Positions 1 through 9,616 of a stretch of 64,000 nucleotides of DNA are shown here, one piece after another; the stretch's first letter is position 1, and each line of letters starts with the position of its first letter. The stretch comes from an uncultured Gemmatimonadales bacterium (GTDB lineage: Bacteria; Gemmatimonadota; Gemmatimonadetes; Palauibacterales; Palauibacteraceae). Position numbers and translations under genes: made by a program. The stretch spans positions 256,001 through 320,000 of the forward strand of contig CAWANJ010000009.1 of assembly GCA_963783385.1 (NCBI GenBank), written 5' to 3'. Under the pieces are notes generated by a model. That model did no database searches and was not told the DNA's origin. It worked only from the letters and a program-made list of their open reading frames with translations.

Positions 1-1011
1 CCGCTCCTCGACGAGAACAGGATCCTGGTTCGAGCCGGGCTCGGCGCCCTGGCGCGGACCCGCAAGCCGGGCCTCAGGGCCCTGGCCTCGGCGGCGGGCG
101 TCGACCTCGGCGGGAGCCCGGACGCCGCGGACATCGGCTACCGACTCGGCCCCCGGCTGAACGCGGCCGGACGGGTGGGCGCGGCGGAGACAGGACTGCG
201 ACTTCTCCTGGCGGACGAGCCGGGAGAGGCGGAGCGGCTGGCCTCCCTCCTGGAGGTGCGCAACCGGGAGCGACGCCAGGAGGACCGCCGAGTGCGGGCC
301 GAGGCCGAGGCGCAGCTCGCCGAGCGCTACGACCCGGAGCGGGACCGGTCGGTGCTGCTGTGGGGCGAGGACTGGCACCCGGGCGTGATCGGGATCGTGG
401 CCTCGCGCCTCGTGGAGCAGGTCCATCGCCCGGTGATCCTGGTGAGCCTGAGGGACGAGCCCGGGCGCGGGTCCGGGCGGTCCATCCCCGGCTTCCACCT
501 GCACCGAGCGCTCGAGGCTTGCTCGGACCTGCTGGAGCGCTTCGGCGGCCACCGTATGGCCGCCGGCCTCGAGGTGCGGAGGGAGCGGCTGGAGGCGCTG
601 GCCCTGCGCTTCGAGGACGAGGCGGCCCGGACGCTGACGGCCGAGGCGCTGCAACCCGAGCTCCACCTCGACCTCTCCCTGCCGCTCCGGGCCATCGACG
701 AGGATCTGTGGCGGGGCCTGGAGTACCTGGCCCCGTTCGGCACCGACAACCCCCAACCCGTCCTCCACGTACGGGACGTGCGTTTCGAGCGACCCGCCGC
801 CGTCGGCTCGGGAGGAGAGCACCTCAAGGCCGTCCTCGTCGCCGACGACGAGAGCCGGCTGGAGGCGATCGGCTTCGGCATGGGCGGGCGCCTGGGCGAA
901 GCGTCGTCGTTCCGGGTGGAGGTCGCCTTCGAGCTCTTCAGGGACCGATACCGGGGCCGGGAGCGGCTGCAGGCGCGGATGCTGGACTTCCGGCCCGTGG
1001 ATGGACCGTAG
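1..1011 (+). CDS. recJ: Single-stranded DNA exonuclease RecJ (5' part lies outside the window)
   Basis: Frame is open from base 1: PLLDENRILV...IGYRLGPRLNAAGR, WHPGVIGIVASRL, GSGRS and FGGHRMAAG (DHHA1), LAPFGTDNPQP. Confidence 0.95.
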   Translation, partial: PLLDENRILVRAGLGALARTRKPGLRALASAAGVDLGGSPDAADIGYRLGPRLNAAGRVGAAETGLRLLLADEPGEAERLASLLEVRNRERRQEDRRVRAEAEAQLAERYDPERDRSVLLWGEDWHPGVIGIVASRLVEQVHRPVILVSLRDEPGRGSGRSIPGFHLHRALEACSDLLERFGGHRMAAGLEVRRERLEALALRFEDEAARTLTAEALQPELHLDLSLPLRAIDEDLWRGLEYLAPFGTDNPQPVLHVRDVRFERPAAVGSGGEHLKAVLVADDESRLEAIGFGMGGRLGEASSFRVEVAFELFRDRYRGRERLQARMLDFRPVDGP

Positions 1012-1621
1012 GGCGGACGTGCTGCGCATCATCTCGGGTACCCTGGGTGGACGGAGGATCGCCGCGCCGACGGGCCGGTCCACACGGCCCACGCGGGAGG
1101 CCGTTCGGGAAGCGTGGTTCAGCGCCCTGGGTCCGGGCGTGGCGGGCGCCCGGGTGGTGGACCTGTTCGCCGGGTCCGGGGCGCTGGGGATCGAGGCGCT
1201 GTCCCGGGGTGCGGCCGAGGTCACCTTCGTGGAGCGGGGCAGGGAAGCGTCCAGGGTGCTCGAGGCCAACCTGGAGGCGCTGGAGGTCCTGCACCGGAGC
1301 CGGGTGCTGCGCACCGACGTGCGCTCGTTCCTCCGGGCCCTCGCGCGGCCCGCGCCGGAAGAGCCGCCGCCGTTCGACGTGGCGCTCGCCGACCCTCCCT
1401 ACGCCTCCGCCTGGCCGGCGCGGCTCGCGGCGTCGCTGGCCGAGCGCCGCTTCGCGGGCCTGCTGTGCGTCGAGCACGCTCCCGACGCGCTGGGCGAGCA
1501 GGGGGTGGTGTGGCGTCGAGCTTACGGAGACACCATCCTGAGCTTCCTGCGACCGCCCGGGGAACCGGCCGAGGCCGGCGATCGCCCGGAGCCCGAACCG
1601 CCACACGGGAGGACATCGTGA
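1001..1621 (+). CDS. rsmD: 16S rRNA (guanine966-N2) methyltransferase
   Basis: [40 protein letters not shown] motif; sits before coaD. Confidence 0.93.
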   Translation: MDRRADVLRIISGTLGGRRIAAPTGRSTRPTREAVREAWFSALGPGVAGARVVDLFAGSGALGIEALSRGAAEVTFVERGREASRVLEANLEALEVLHRSRVLRTDVRSFLRALARPAPEEPPPFDVALADPPYASAWPARLAASLAERRFAGLLCVEHAPDALGEQGVVWRRAYGDTILSFLRPPGEPAEAGDRPEPEPPHGRTS

Positions 1622-2138
1622 CGGCCCAAAGGAGCGAGCACGTGGCCGTGTACCCGGGGTCCTTCGATCCCCTCACGCTGGGCCACGACGACATCATCCG
1701 TCGGGGGCTCCGGATCGTCGATCGGCTGATCGTGGCCGTGGCGGAGACGTCCACCCAGGACAAGCGCGGGCTGTTCACCCTCGAGGAGCGCGTCCAGGTC
1801 ATCGCTTCGATGTATGCGAACGAGGCGGCCCTGGAGGTGGTCTCCTTCTCCGGGCTCCTGGTGGACTTCGCGCGCTCGCGCGACGCGAGGCTGATCATCC
1901 GCGGACTGCGGGCGGTGAGCGACTTCGAGTACGAGTTCCAATGGCGCTCATGAACCGCTCCCTGTGGCCCGAGCTGGACGTGGTCTTCATGGCGCCGGAC
2001 AACCGCTACACCTTCCTGAGCGCGTCCCTCGTGCGGGAGGTGGCGCGGCTGGGTGGGGACGTGTCGGATTACGTGCCGCCCGCCGTGCTGGAGCGCATGG
2101 TCGAGCGCTTCGGTCCCTCGGCCCGGGGCGACGCGTAG
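1618..2138 (+). CDS. coaD: Phosphopantetheine adenylyltransferase; one base missing at ~1939-1941
   Basis: GTG at 1618 after GGAGGA; [12 protein letters not shown]...[15 protein letters not shown] continues as MALMNR...[11 protein letters not shown] in another frame from 1941. Confidence 0.92.
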
Positions 2139-2146
2139 GGGCGGCG

Positions 2147-3088
2147 GTGGACTTCCTGGCCGATCTGCGCGACCGGGCCCGGGCGCGGCCGCGCCGCATC
2201 GGGTTCCCGGAGGCGGACGAGGAGCGCACGGCGCTCGCTATCGCCCGCCTGGCGGAGCGCGAGCTCGTGCGGCCGGTCCTGGTGGTCGGCGCGACGGCGG
2301 CACGGCGGGCCGCGGACTCCGGACCGGAGTGGATCGATCCCGCCGCGGCGTCGGGGCTGGTCCGGGTGCGGCCCGGGGAAGAGGCGGAGCACGCGGGGCC
2401 GCCCGATCCGCTGACGGCGGCGGCCGCGCTGCTCGCCGCGGGACGGCTGGACGGCGTGGTGGCCGGCGCCCGTGCCACGACGGCGGCGGTAGTCCGGGCC
2501 GGGCTGCACCAGGTGGGGATGGCCCCCGGGATCCGCACGGTGTCTAGCGCCTTCTATATGTCGGGCGCCCTCGGTCCCGAAGTCCCGGCCGGCGTCCTCA
2601 CCTTCACGGACGCGGGGGTGGTCCCGGACCCGACGCCCGAGCAGCTGGCGGACATCGCGGACGCCGCCTGCCGAGCGCGCCGCCGCATCGTGGGCGACGA
2701 GCCGCGCGTGGCCTTCCTGTCCTTCTCCACCCGTGGCTCGGCCGAGTCGCCCGGCGTGGCCCGCGTACGGGAGGCATTCGAGCGCTTCCACGCCCGGCAT
2801 CCCGGCGTACTCGCGGATGGCGAGCTGCAGGCGGACGCGGCCCTCGTGCCGGAGGTGTGCGCGCGCAAGGCGCCGGATTCGCCGCTCGCGGGTCGGGCCA
2901 ACGTCCTCGTGTTCCCGGACCTCGACGCGGCCAACATCTCCTACAAGCTGGTGGAGCGACTCGGGGGCGCCCGCGCCCTCGGGCCCATCCTCCAGGGGCT
3001 CGCGCGCCCGCTGTGCGATCTGTCGCGGGGGGCGGACGTGGAAGACATCGTCCACGTGGCGTGCATCGCCTCTCTGCTGGCGGAGTGA
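2147..3088 (+). CDS. pta: Phosphate acetyl/butyryltransferase (short Pta)
   Basis: [70 protein letters not shown]. Confidence 0.9.
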   Translation: MDFLADLRDRARARPRRIGFPEADEERTALAIARLAERELVRPVLVVGATAARRAADSGPEWIDPAAASGLVRVRPGEEAEHAGPPDPLTAAAALLAAGRLDGVVAGARATTAAVVRAGLHQVGMAPGIRTVSSAFYMSGALGPEVPAGVLTFTDAGVVPDPTPEQLADIADAACRARRRIVGDEPRVAFLSFSTRGSAESPGVARVREAFERFHARHPGVLADGELQADAALVPEVCARKAPDSPLAGRANVLVFPDLDAANISYKLVERLGGARALGPILQGLARPLCDLSRGADVEDIVHVACIASLLAE

Positions 3089-3110
3089 CGCCCCACTCCG
3101 GGATGGGTCC

Positions 3111-3929
3111 TTGAAGGCGCGTCGCTCGCTGAGCCAGAACTTCCTGGTCGACCCGAACCTGCAGCGGAAGATCGTCGACGCTCTGGAGGCGGAGCCGGCC
3201 GACACGGTCCTCGAGGTCGGCCCCGGTCACGGGGAGCTCAGCGCGCACCTGGTCGGCCGCGTCGCGCGGCTGGTGCTGGTCGAGAAGGACGACCAGCTGG
3301 CGGAGGCCCTCGCCGTCCGCTGGTCCGGCCGGGACGATGTCGAAGTCGTGCACGGGGATGCGCTGGAGGCGGACCTGGCCGGACGGGTGGCGTCCCCGTA
3401 CCGGGTGCTGTCCAACCTCCCGTACGGCATCACGACGCCCCTGCTATTTCGGTTCCTGGCTCTGGCGCCGGCGCCTGTCCGGATCGTGGTCACGGTGCAG
3501 AAGGAGGTGGGCGAACGCATCGTCGCCAGGCCGGGGAGCCGCGACTTCGGGAGCCTGTCGGTGGGCGTCCAGACCAGGGCCGAGGCGCGGATCGCCTTCC
3601 CGGTGAGCCGCAACGCGTTCCGGCCCGTACCCGACGTCGAATCGGTGACGGTGGTCCTCGATCCCGATCCCGAGCGCATCGCGGCCCTGCCGGAGCCCGG
3701 ACTCCGTCGCCTGACCCGCGCGGCGTTCGGATGGCGGCGCAAGCAAATGCAGAAGATCCTGCGCTCGGCGCCCGGGCTCGCCCTCGGGCGGGAGCGCGCC
3801 GAGTCGCTATGCGGGTCCCTCGGACTGGACCCGCGCAGCCGCCCCGAGCAGGTGCCGCCCGAGCTGTTCGTGGCCCTCGCCCGGCGCCTGGAGGAGACGC
3901 GGTTCGGAGGGGCGGACACCGGCGCCTGA
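3111..3929 (+). CDS. rsmA: 16S rRNA dimethyladenosine transferase
   Basis: SLSQNFLVD, LEVGPGHG, SNLPYGITTP, QKEVGERI, AFRPVPDVES; TTG start is inferred. Confidence 0.93.
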   Translation: MKARRSLSQNFLVDPNLQRKIVDALEAEPADTVLEVGPGHGELSAHLVGRVARLVLVEKDDQLAEALAVRWSGRDDVEVVHGDALEADLAGRVASPYRVLSNLPYGITTPLLFRFLALAPAPVRIVVTVQKEVGERIVARPGSRDFGSLSVGVQTRAEARIAFPVSRNAFRPVPDVESVTVVLDPDPERIAALPEPGLRRLTRAAFGWRRKQMQKILRSAPGLALGRERAESLCGSLGLDPRSRPEQVPPELFVALARRLEETRFGGADTGA

Positions 3930-4015
3930 GCGGCCCGCTCGGGGCGGCTGCGCGGGGGCGGGCGGTCCACCGGGAGGTCCCGGGGAGGCCGCGGGCTGTC
4001 CTCTCCCGGCCACGG

Positions 4016-4044
4016 TTGAGTCCGCCGCGCCATCGCTCTATCTT
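4016..4044 (+). promoter_or_regulatory. Sigma70-type promoter for rex
   Basis: TTGAGT (4016-4021), 17 bp spacer, TATCTT (4039-4044), directly upstream of the Rex operator. Confidence 0.6.
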
Positions 4045-4048
4045 GGCC

Positions 4049-4066
4049 TTGTGAAGCCTTTCACAA
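4049..4066. promoter_or_regulatory. Rex operator (ROP)
   Basis: TTGTGAA-GCCT-TTCACAA matches the TTGTGAAnnnnTTCACAA consensus exactly and lies 19 bp upstream of the rex ATG. Confidence 0.9.
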
Positions 4067-4085
4067 GCGACCCCGCGACCCCGCC

Positions 4086-4742
4086 ATGAGCCATAGCGGC
4101 CAGCGCCGAATCTCCGAGTCCACGGTTCGACGCCTGTCGGTGTACCTGCGCTTCCTGCGCGAGCTGACCCGGCAGGGCAGGGAGCTCGTTTCCAGCCGCC
4201 AGTTGGCCCGCGGCTGCGGGACCACCCCCGCCCAGGTCCGGAAGGACCTCAGCCTGTTCGGCTCGTTCGGTAAGCGCGGGCGCGGCTACACGGTGGACGA
4301 GCTGCGGCGGACGCTGGAGGGGATCCTCGGCCTGGGACGGCGCTGGCGGGTGGCCCTGGTCGGCGTCGGCAAGATCGGCTCCGCGCTCCTGGGCTACCAG
4401 GACCTCGCGAGGCGCGGCTTCGACATCGCGGCCGCGTTCGACTCCGACCCGGCCAAGACCGGGCAGGTCATGTCGGGCGTGCAGGTGTACCCGGCCGAGC
4501 GCCTCACGGAGGTCGTGAGGATGCAGCAGATCGAGCTCGGCATCATCGCCACCCCGCCCGAGTCCGCGCAGACCGTGGCCGATGAGCTCGTCGGCGCGGG
4601 CGTGGGCGCGATCCTCAACTTCGCTCCGGTGGAGATCGACGTGCCGGAGAGCGTCACCGTGCGTACCATGGACGTGGCGCTCGAGCTGGAGGGCCTCAGC
4701 TTCATGCTGACGAGCGGAGACCGGATGCCGTCGCGCGAGTGA
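4086..4742 (+). CDS. rex: Redox-sensing transcriptional repressor Rex
   Basis: ISESTVRRLSVYLR, QVRKDLSLFGSFGKRGRGY (wHTH), GVGKIGSAL Rossmann fold, ILNFAP. Confidence 0.96.
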   Translation: MSHSGQRRISESTVRRLSVYLRFLRELTRQGRELVSSRQLARGCGTTPAQVRKDLSLFGSFGKRGRGYTVDELRRTLEGILGLGRRWRVALVGVGKIGSALLGYQDLARRGFDIAAAFDSDPAKTGQVMSGVQVYPAERLTEVVRMQQIELGIIATPPESAQTVADELVGAGVGAILNFAPVEIDVPESVTVRTMDVALELEGLSFMLTSGDRMPSRE

Positions 4743-6019
4743 CGGTCGCGGGGCGGAGCCAGCGGTACGGAGTCGAGGACATGGCGACGATGGGGGAGCG
4801 GGGCGTCGGTATCGCGAGCGAGATCGGGAAGCTGCGGCGCGTCATCTGCCACAGCCCGGGTCCGGAGCTCACGGTGGTCACGCCCGACAACCGGCAGGAC
4901 TACCTGTTCGACGACATCCTGGACCTGGAGCGGGCGCGCCGGGAGCATGGGCGCTTCGTGACGCTCCTGGAGCGCTTCGCCGAGGTCCACGAAGTGTCGG
5001 ACCTGCTGGTGGACGTCCTCGCCGACCCCGAGGCCCGGGACGACCTCCTGCAGGGCTCGGACGACGCCTTCCGCGAACGGGCGCGCGAGGCCCGGCCCGA
5101 GGAGCTGGCCCGCCTGTTCATCGAGGGCGAGGAGAGCCACGGCGGGGCCCTGGCCGAGCTGGTCAACGAGGCGGGCTACAGCCTTCCGCCGCTCCCGAAC
5201 CTGTTCTTCACCCGCGACGCGGCCGAGGTGATCGGCGACGGGGTGGCGATCTCCGCCATGCGCCACGAGGTGCGCTGGACCGAAGAGCTCATCATGCGGA
5301 CCCTGTTCCAGCACCATCCCGCGCTCCAGAACCAGGGACTGCTGTACGACGGCACTCGCGAGCGGCGCATGAACACGAGCATCGAGGGTGGCGACGTGCA
5401 CGTGCTGCGCGAGGACCTCGTGCTGGTCGGACTCTCCGAGAGGACGAGCGCGGCGGGCATCGACGCGCTGGCCGAGCGGCTGCTCGCCACGACGCCGGTC
5501 TCCGACCTCCTCGTCGTCATCCTCCCACCCCATCGGACGTCCATCCACCTCGACATGATCTTCACCATGCTGGACCGGGAGCAGTGCTGCGTGTTCCCGC
5601 CCTACTTCCTGGGGCCAACCCGCCTTCCGGTGCTGCACGTGGGCGCCGCCGACCGCGAGACGCGCGAGCGGGAAGACCTGTTCGAGGCCCTGGCCGATCT
5701 CGGCATGCCCCTCGCGCCCATCCCGTGCGGGGGCGACCGGCGCACCATGCAGGAGCGGGAGCAGTGGGGCAGCGGCTGCAACCTGTTCGCGGTGGGGCCG
5801 GGGCAGCTCCTCGCCTACGACCGCAACGAGCACACCCTGGCGGCGCTGGAGAGGGAGGGCGGCTTCCGCATCGTCCACAGCGTGGACTTCCTCACCGGCG
5901 ACGAGTGGGTCGAGGATGACGAGCGCTTCGTGATCGCGTTCGAGGGGACCGAGCTGGTGCGGGGCGGGGGAGGGCCGCGCTGCATGACGATGCCGGTGCT
6001 GCGGGACCCTGTAGCGTGA
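4739..6019 (+). CDS. arcA: Arginine deiminase (start may be 4781 or 4790)
   Basis: SEIGKLRRV, YLFDD, PLPNLFFTRD, IEGGDV, HLD, ELVRGGGGPRCMTMP with catalytic Cys. Confidence 0.92.
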   Translation: MTVAGRSQRYGVEDMATMGERGVGIASEIGKLRRVICHSPGPELTVVTPDNRQDYLFDDILDLERARREHGRFVTLLERFAEVHEVSDLLVDVLADPEARDDLLQGSDDAFRERAREARPEELARLFIEGEESHGGALAELVNEAGYSLPPLPNLFFTRDAAEVIGDGVAISAMRHEVRWTEELIMRTLFQHHPALQNQGLLYDGTRERRMNTSIEGGDVHVLREDLVLVGLSERTSAAGIDALAERLLATTPVSDLLVVILPPHRTSIHLDMIFTMLDREQCCVFPPYFLGPTRLPVLHVGAADRETREREDLFEALADLGMPLAPIPCGGDRRTMQEREQWGSGCNLFAVGPGQLLAYDRNEHTLAALEREGGFRIVHSVDFLTGDEWVEDDERFVIAFEGTELVRGGGGPRCMTMPVLRDPVA

Positions 6020-6834
6020 ATCCGGGCGTCCGCTTCTCCCCGTCTTCCACGCTGCTGGCGCGCGCCCTGGAGGAGCTGGAGCGGGGACCCCGCTCGGCCC
6101 CCGAGCTGGCGCGCACGGTGCTCGGCGTGCGCTCCGCCCCGCCGGGCGTGGCGGAGCGCATCGTGCAGGAGCTGTTCGCCGGCGAGCGACGCGTGGAGCG
6201 GGCGGGCGAGGATCGCTGGCGGCTGACACGCGAGCGATCCCTGTCCGGGCCCCTGGCGGCCCTGAGCTACGTGGTCGTGGATGTCGAGACCACGGGGGCC
6301 TCGCCGGGCCGCGGCGACCGGATCACCGAGATCGCCGCCGTCGAGGTCCGGGATGGGACGATCACGGACGAGTTCTCGTCGCTGGTCGACCCGGGGATGC
6401 CGATCCCGGCGTGGATCTCGCGCCTGACCGGCATCACGGACGCCATGGTGTCGGACGCGCCGCGGTTCGAGGAGATCGCGGGGCTCGTGCGCGAGCGGCT
6501 GGAGGGCCGCGTGTTCGTGGCCCACAACGCCCCGTTCGACTGGAGGTTCGTCTCGGCCGAGATGCGACGGGCGGCGTCCGTGCTTCCGTCGGGGCCCCGC
6601 CTGTGCACCCTCCGCCTGGCGCGCCGGGCGCTGCCCGGCCTGGCCCGCAAGGGCCTCGACTCAGTCACCCAGTACTACGGGATCGAGATCGAGGGGCGCC
6701 ACCGGGCGGGAGGGGACGCCGTGGCGACGGCGGGGGTTCTCCTGCGTCTACTCGAGGAGGTCGAGCGGCGCGGCCTCACGCAATGGGGTGACCTGCAGGG
6801 CTGGCTGTCCGGCTCCCGGGGCGCCCCTCGGTAG
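6016..6834 (+). CDS. DEDDh 3'-5' exonuclease (DnaQ/PolC-exo-like) with an N-terminal extension
   Basis: VVDVETTG, VAHNAPFD, HRAGGDA exonuclease motifs I-III. Confidence 0.85.
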   Translation: MNPGVRFSPSSTLLARALEELERGPRSAPELARTVLGVRSAPPGVAERIVQELFAGERRVERAGEDRWRLTRERSLSGPLAALSYVVVDVETTGASPGRGDRITEIAAVEVRDGTITDEFSSLVDPGMPIPAWISRLTGITDAMVSDAPRFEEIAGLVRERLEGRVFVAHNAPFDWRFVSAEMRRAASVLPSGPRLCTLRLARRALPGLARKGLDSVTQYYGIEIEGRHRAGGDAVATAGVLLRLLEEVERRGLTQWGDLQGWLSGSRGAPR

Positions 6835-6852
6835 GAGGAGGAGGAAGACGCG

Positions 6853-7746
6853 ATGCTGGTGTACGAGCGGGACGGATTCTCGGTGAGCACCGTGATGGCC
6901 GGGGGGCTGCGGCTGGACGGAGGGGCAATGTTCGGAGTCGTCCCCAAGCCCCTGTGGGAACGGCGAATCCCGGCCGACGACCGGAACCGGATCCCCCTCG
7001 CCATGCGGTGTCTCCTCATCGAGACCGGCGACCACATCCTGCTGGTCGATTCGGGCCTCGGCAACAAGGAGGAGGAGAAGTTCCGGACCATCTACGGCGT
7101 CGACAACGACGGCTCGCCCACGCGCGTCGAGGACGAGCTCCGGGCCCTGGAGGTGGAGCCCGAAGACATAGACATGGTGCTCTGCACCCACCTGCACTTC
7201 GACCACGCCGGGGGCGCCACGCTGCGCGACGCCGACGGGACGATCCGGCCGTCCTTCCCCAACGCCACCTACCTGATCCGGCGCGGCGAATGGGACTTCG
7301 CCCACCGGGACAACGAGCGCATCCAGGCCAGCTACCTGCGGCACAACATGGATCCGCTCCTCGAGGCGGGCGTGGTGGAGTTCCTCGAGGAGGACACCGA
7401 GGTGGTTCCCGGCGTGCGTACGGTCCGGACGCCGGGCCACACCCCCCACCACCAGTCCGTTCTCATCGAGCACGGCGACACGACCCTGTTCTACCTGGCC
7501 GACCTGGTGCCCACCCGAGCGCACGTGCCGTTGCCCTGGATCATGGGCTACGACATCGAGCCCCTGGTGACCCTGGAAGTCAAGCGGGAGTGGCTCACGC
7601 GCGCGGCGCGCGAGGGCTGGGTCCTGGTGTTCGAGCACGATCCGGAGGTGGCCTATGGCTGGGCCCGGCCCGGCGGTGAGCGCGGCGGGTGCGAGCTGGT
7701 CAGCCCGGCCCACGATCCGGTGCACGACTCCTCCCGCATCACTTGA
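6853..7746 (+). CDS. MBL-fold metallo-hydrolase (YtnP-like)
   Basis: LDGGAMFGVVPKPLW, THLHFDHAGG, PGHTPHH, DLVPT, FEHD. Confidence 0.88.
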   Translation: MLVYERDGFSVSTVMAGGLRLDGGAMFGVVPKPLWERRIPADDRNRIPLAMRCLLIETGDHILLVDSGLGNKEEEKFRTIYGVDNDGSPTRVEDELRALEVEPEDIDMVLCTHLHFDHAGGATLRDADGTIRPSFPNATYLIRRGEWDFAHRDNERIQASYLRHNMDPLLEAGVVEFLEEDTEVVPGVRTVRTPGHTPHHQSVLIEHGDTTLFYLADLVPTRAHVPLPWIMGYDIEPLVTLEVKREWLTRAAREGWVLVFEHDPEVAYGWARPGGERGGCELVSPAHDPVHDSSRIT

Positions 7747-7765
7747 TATCGGAGGTATTACTAAT

Positions 7766-8978
7766 ATGTCGAATAAAGACTTGACGCCAGTTATCGTGGC
7801 GGCCGCACGGCTGCCCACGGGCCGGTTTCTCGGCACGCTGTCGCCGCTCGCGGCGCCGCAGCTCGGCGCCCGGGCCATCCGGGCGGCGGTGGAGCGCTCC
7901 GGAGTGGACCCGCACGAGCTGGACGAGGTCATCATGGGCAACGTCATCCAGGCCGGGGTCGGGCAGGCACCGGCGCGCCAGGCGGCCATCCACGGCGGCG
8001 TTCCGGACACGGTGCCGGCCGTGACGATCAACAAGGTGTGCGGGTCGGGGCTCAAGTCGGTGATGCTGGCCGCGCAGGCGATCCGGGCCGGCGACGGCCG
8101 GGCGTACGTGGCGGGCGGCATGGAGTCGAATGTCCAATGCCCCGTATCTCGTCCGGGGTTACCGCGAGGGGGTCAAGTTCGGGGATCGGACCCTGGTCGA
8201 TGGCCTCATTCACGACGGCCTGTGGTGTTCGTTCGGGGGCTGCCACATGGGCGGGCACGCCGAGTACACGGCCGCGAAGGCCGGGATCGGGCGTCAGGAG
8301 CAGGACCGCTTCGCCCTGGCGAGCCATCAGAAAGCGATCCGGGCCATCGATGCGGGGGAGTTCGAGGCCGAGCTGGTGCCCGTCGAGATCCCGGGCCGGA
8401 AGGGCCCCACCGTGCTCGAGGTCGACGAGACGCCCCGGCGTGACACGGGCTACGAGAAGCTCGCCTCGCTGCGTCCGGCGTTCCCCGACGACGCCCCCGA
8501 CGACATCGAGGAGCTCACGGTCACGGCGGGTAACGCTCCGGGACTCAACAATGGCGCGGCGGCCACCGTCGTCACGTCCCGGGCGTACGCCGAAGCCAAC
8601 GGCCTGGACACGCTCGCGACGATCTCGGCATATTCGGTCGGAGCCACGGCCCCGCGGGACCTGTTCTTCGCCCCGGTGGACGCTGTGCGTCGCCTGATGG
8701 AGAAGGAAGGGACCTCGATCGACGATTACGGGCTGGTGGAGATGAACGAGGCGTTCGCCGTGCAGGCCCTGGCGGACGCTCGGGAGCTGGGCATCGACCC
8801 GGAGCGACTCAACGTGCGGGGCGGCGCCGTGGCGCTGGGCCACCCGATCGGAGCCTCGGGGGCCCGCATCCTCACGACCCTCCTGTACGCGATGCGGGAT
8901 CGTGACGTGCACAAGGGCATGGCCACCCTGTGTCTGGGTGGCGGCAACGCCGTAGCCATGAGCGTGGAGAGATCATGA
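7766..8978 (+). CDS. Acetyl-CoA acetyltransferase (thiolase); one extra base at ~8129
   Basis: [11 protein letters not shown] (catalytic Cys); AGGMES then MSNAPY in the next frame; [18 protein letters not shown]. Confidence 0.9.
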
Positions 8979-9553
8979 GTCGAGACATCGCCACCGCGGC
9001 CGGTTCGTGGGGGACACGGGCGGCCAGGGTGCCCCGGTCGCTGCGTCGAGCCGCCGCCGTGCTGGGCTTCGCCGTGCTCACCGCCATCGGCGCGCGGATG
9101 GCCGTGCCGCTCCCCGGCAGCCCGGTCCCGTTCACCTTCGAGGTGGTGGCCGTCCTGGCCGCGGGGTTCCTGCTCGGTCCGAGACTGGGTGCGGCCAGCC
9201 AGCTATCCTACCTGGCGGCCGGGGCCGCCGGCCTGCCGGTGTTCGCGGCGGGCGGAGGGCTGGCCTATGTGCTCGGCCCGACGGGCGGCTACCTGATGGC
9301 CTACCCGGTCGCGGCCCTCGTCGTGGGAATGGTGGCGAAGGGTCGGGGACTCGGGGGGCAGACGACCGGTCTCCTGCTCGGCGTCGCCGTCATCTATCTC
9401 GGTGGGGTGGCGTGGCTCGCGCCCTCCCTGGGCGTCGGACGCGCGCTCGCGGTCGGCGCCGCCCCCTTCGTGGTCGTGGATCTCCTGAAAGTGCTGCTCG
9501 TCCTGCTCGCGGGACGACGGGCCACGTCCGGGCTGAGCCGGCTCCTGGCCTGA
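8975..9553 (+). CDS. bioY: Biotin transporter BioY
   Basis: [32 protein letters not shown]; hydrophobic. Confidence 0.88.
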   Translation: MSRDIATAAGSWGTRAARVPRSLRRAAAVLGFAVLTAIGARMAVPLPGSPVPFTFEVVAVLAAGFLLGPRLGAASQLSYLAAGAAGLPVFAAGGGLAYVLGPTGGYLMAYPVAALVVGMVAKGRGLGGQTTGLLLGVAVIYLGGVAWLAPSLGVGRALAVGAAPFVVVDLLKVLLVLLAGRRATSGLSRLLA

Positions 9554-9616
9554 GTCCGGGCCGCGGCGAGCGCGAGCTCCGCGCGCGGTCAAGCGGCCCG
9601 GCACCGTCCGGTCGCG

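Noticed and set aside
1618-2138. Calling coaD (and likewise the thiolase and nusA) true pseudogenes or programmed frameshifts
   Set aside because: Each has a single indel with no further decay, no slippery heptamer with a stimulator is evident, and two of the three are essential. Assembly error is more parsimonious.
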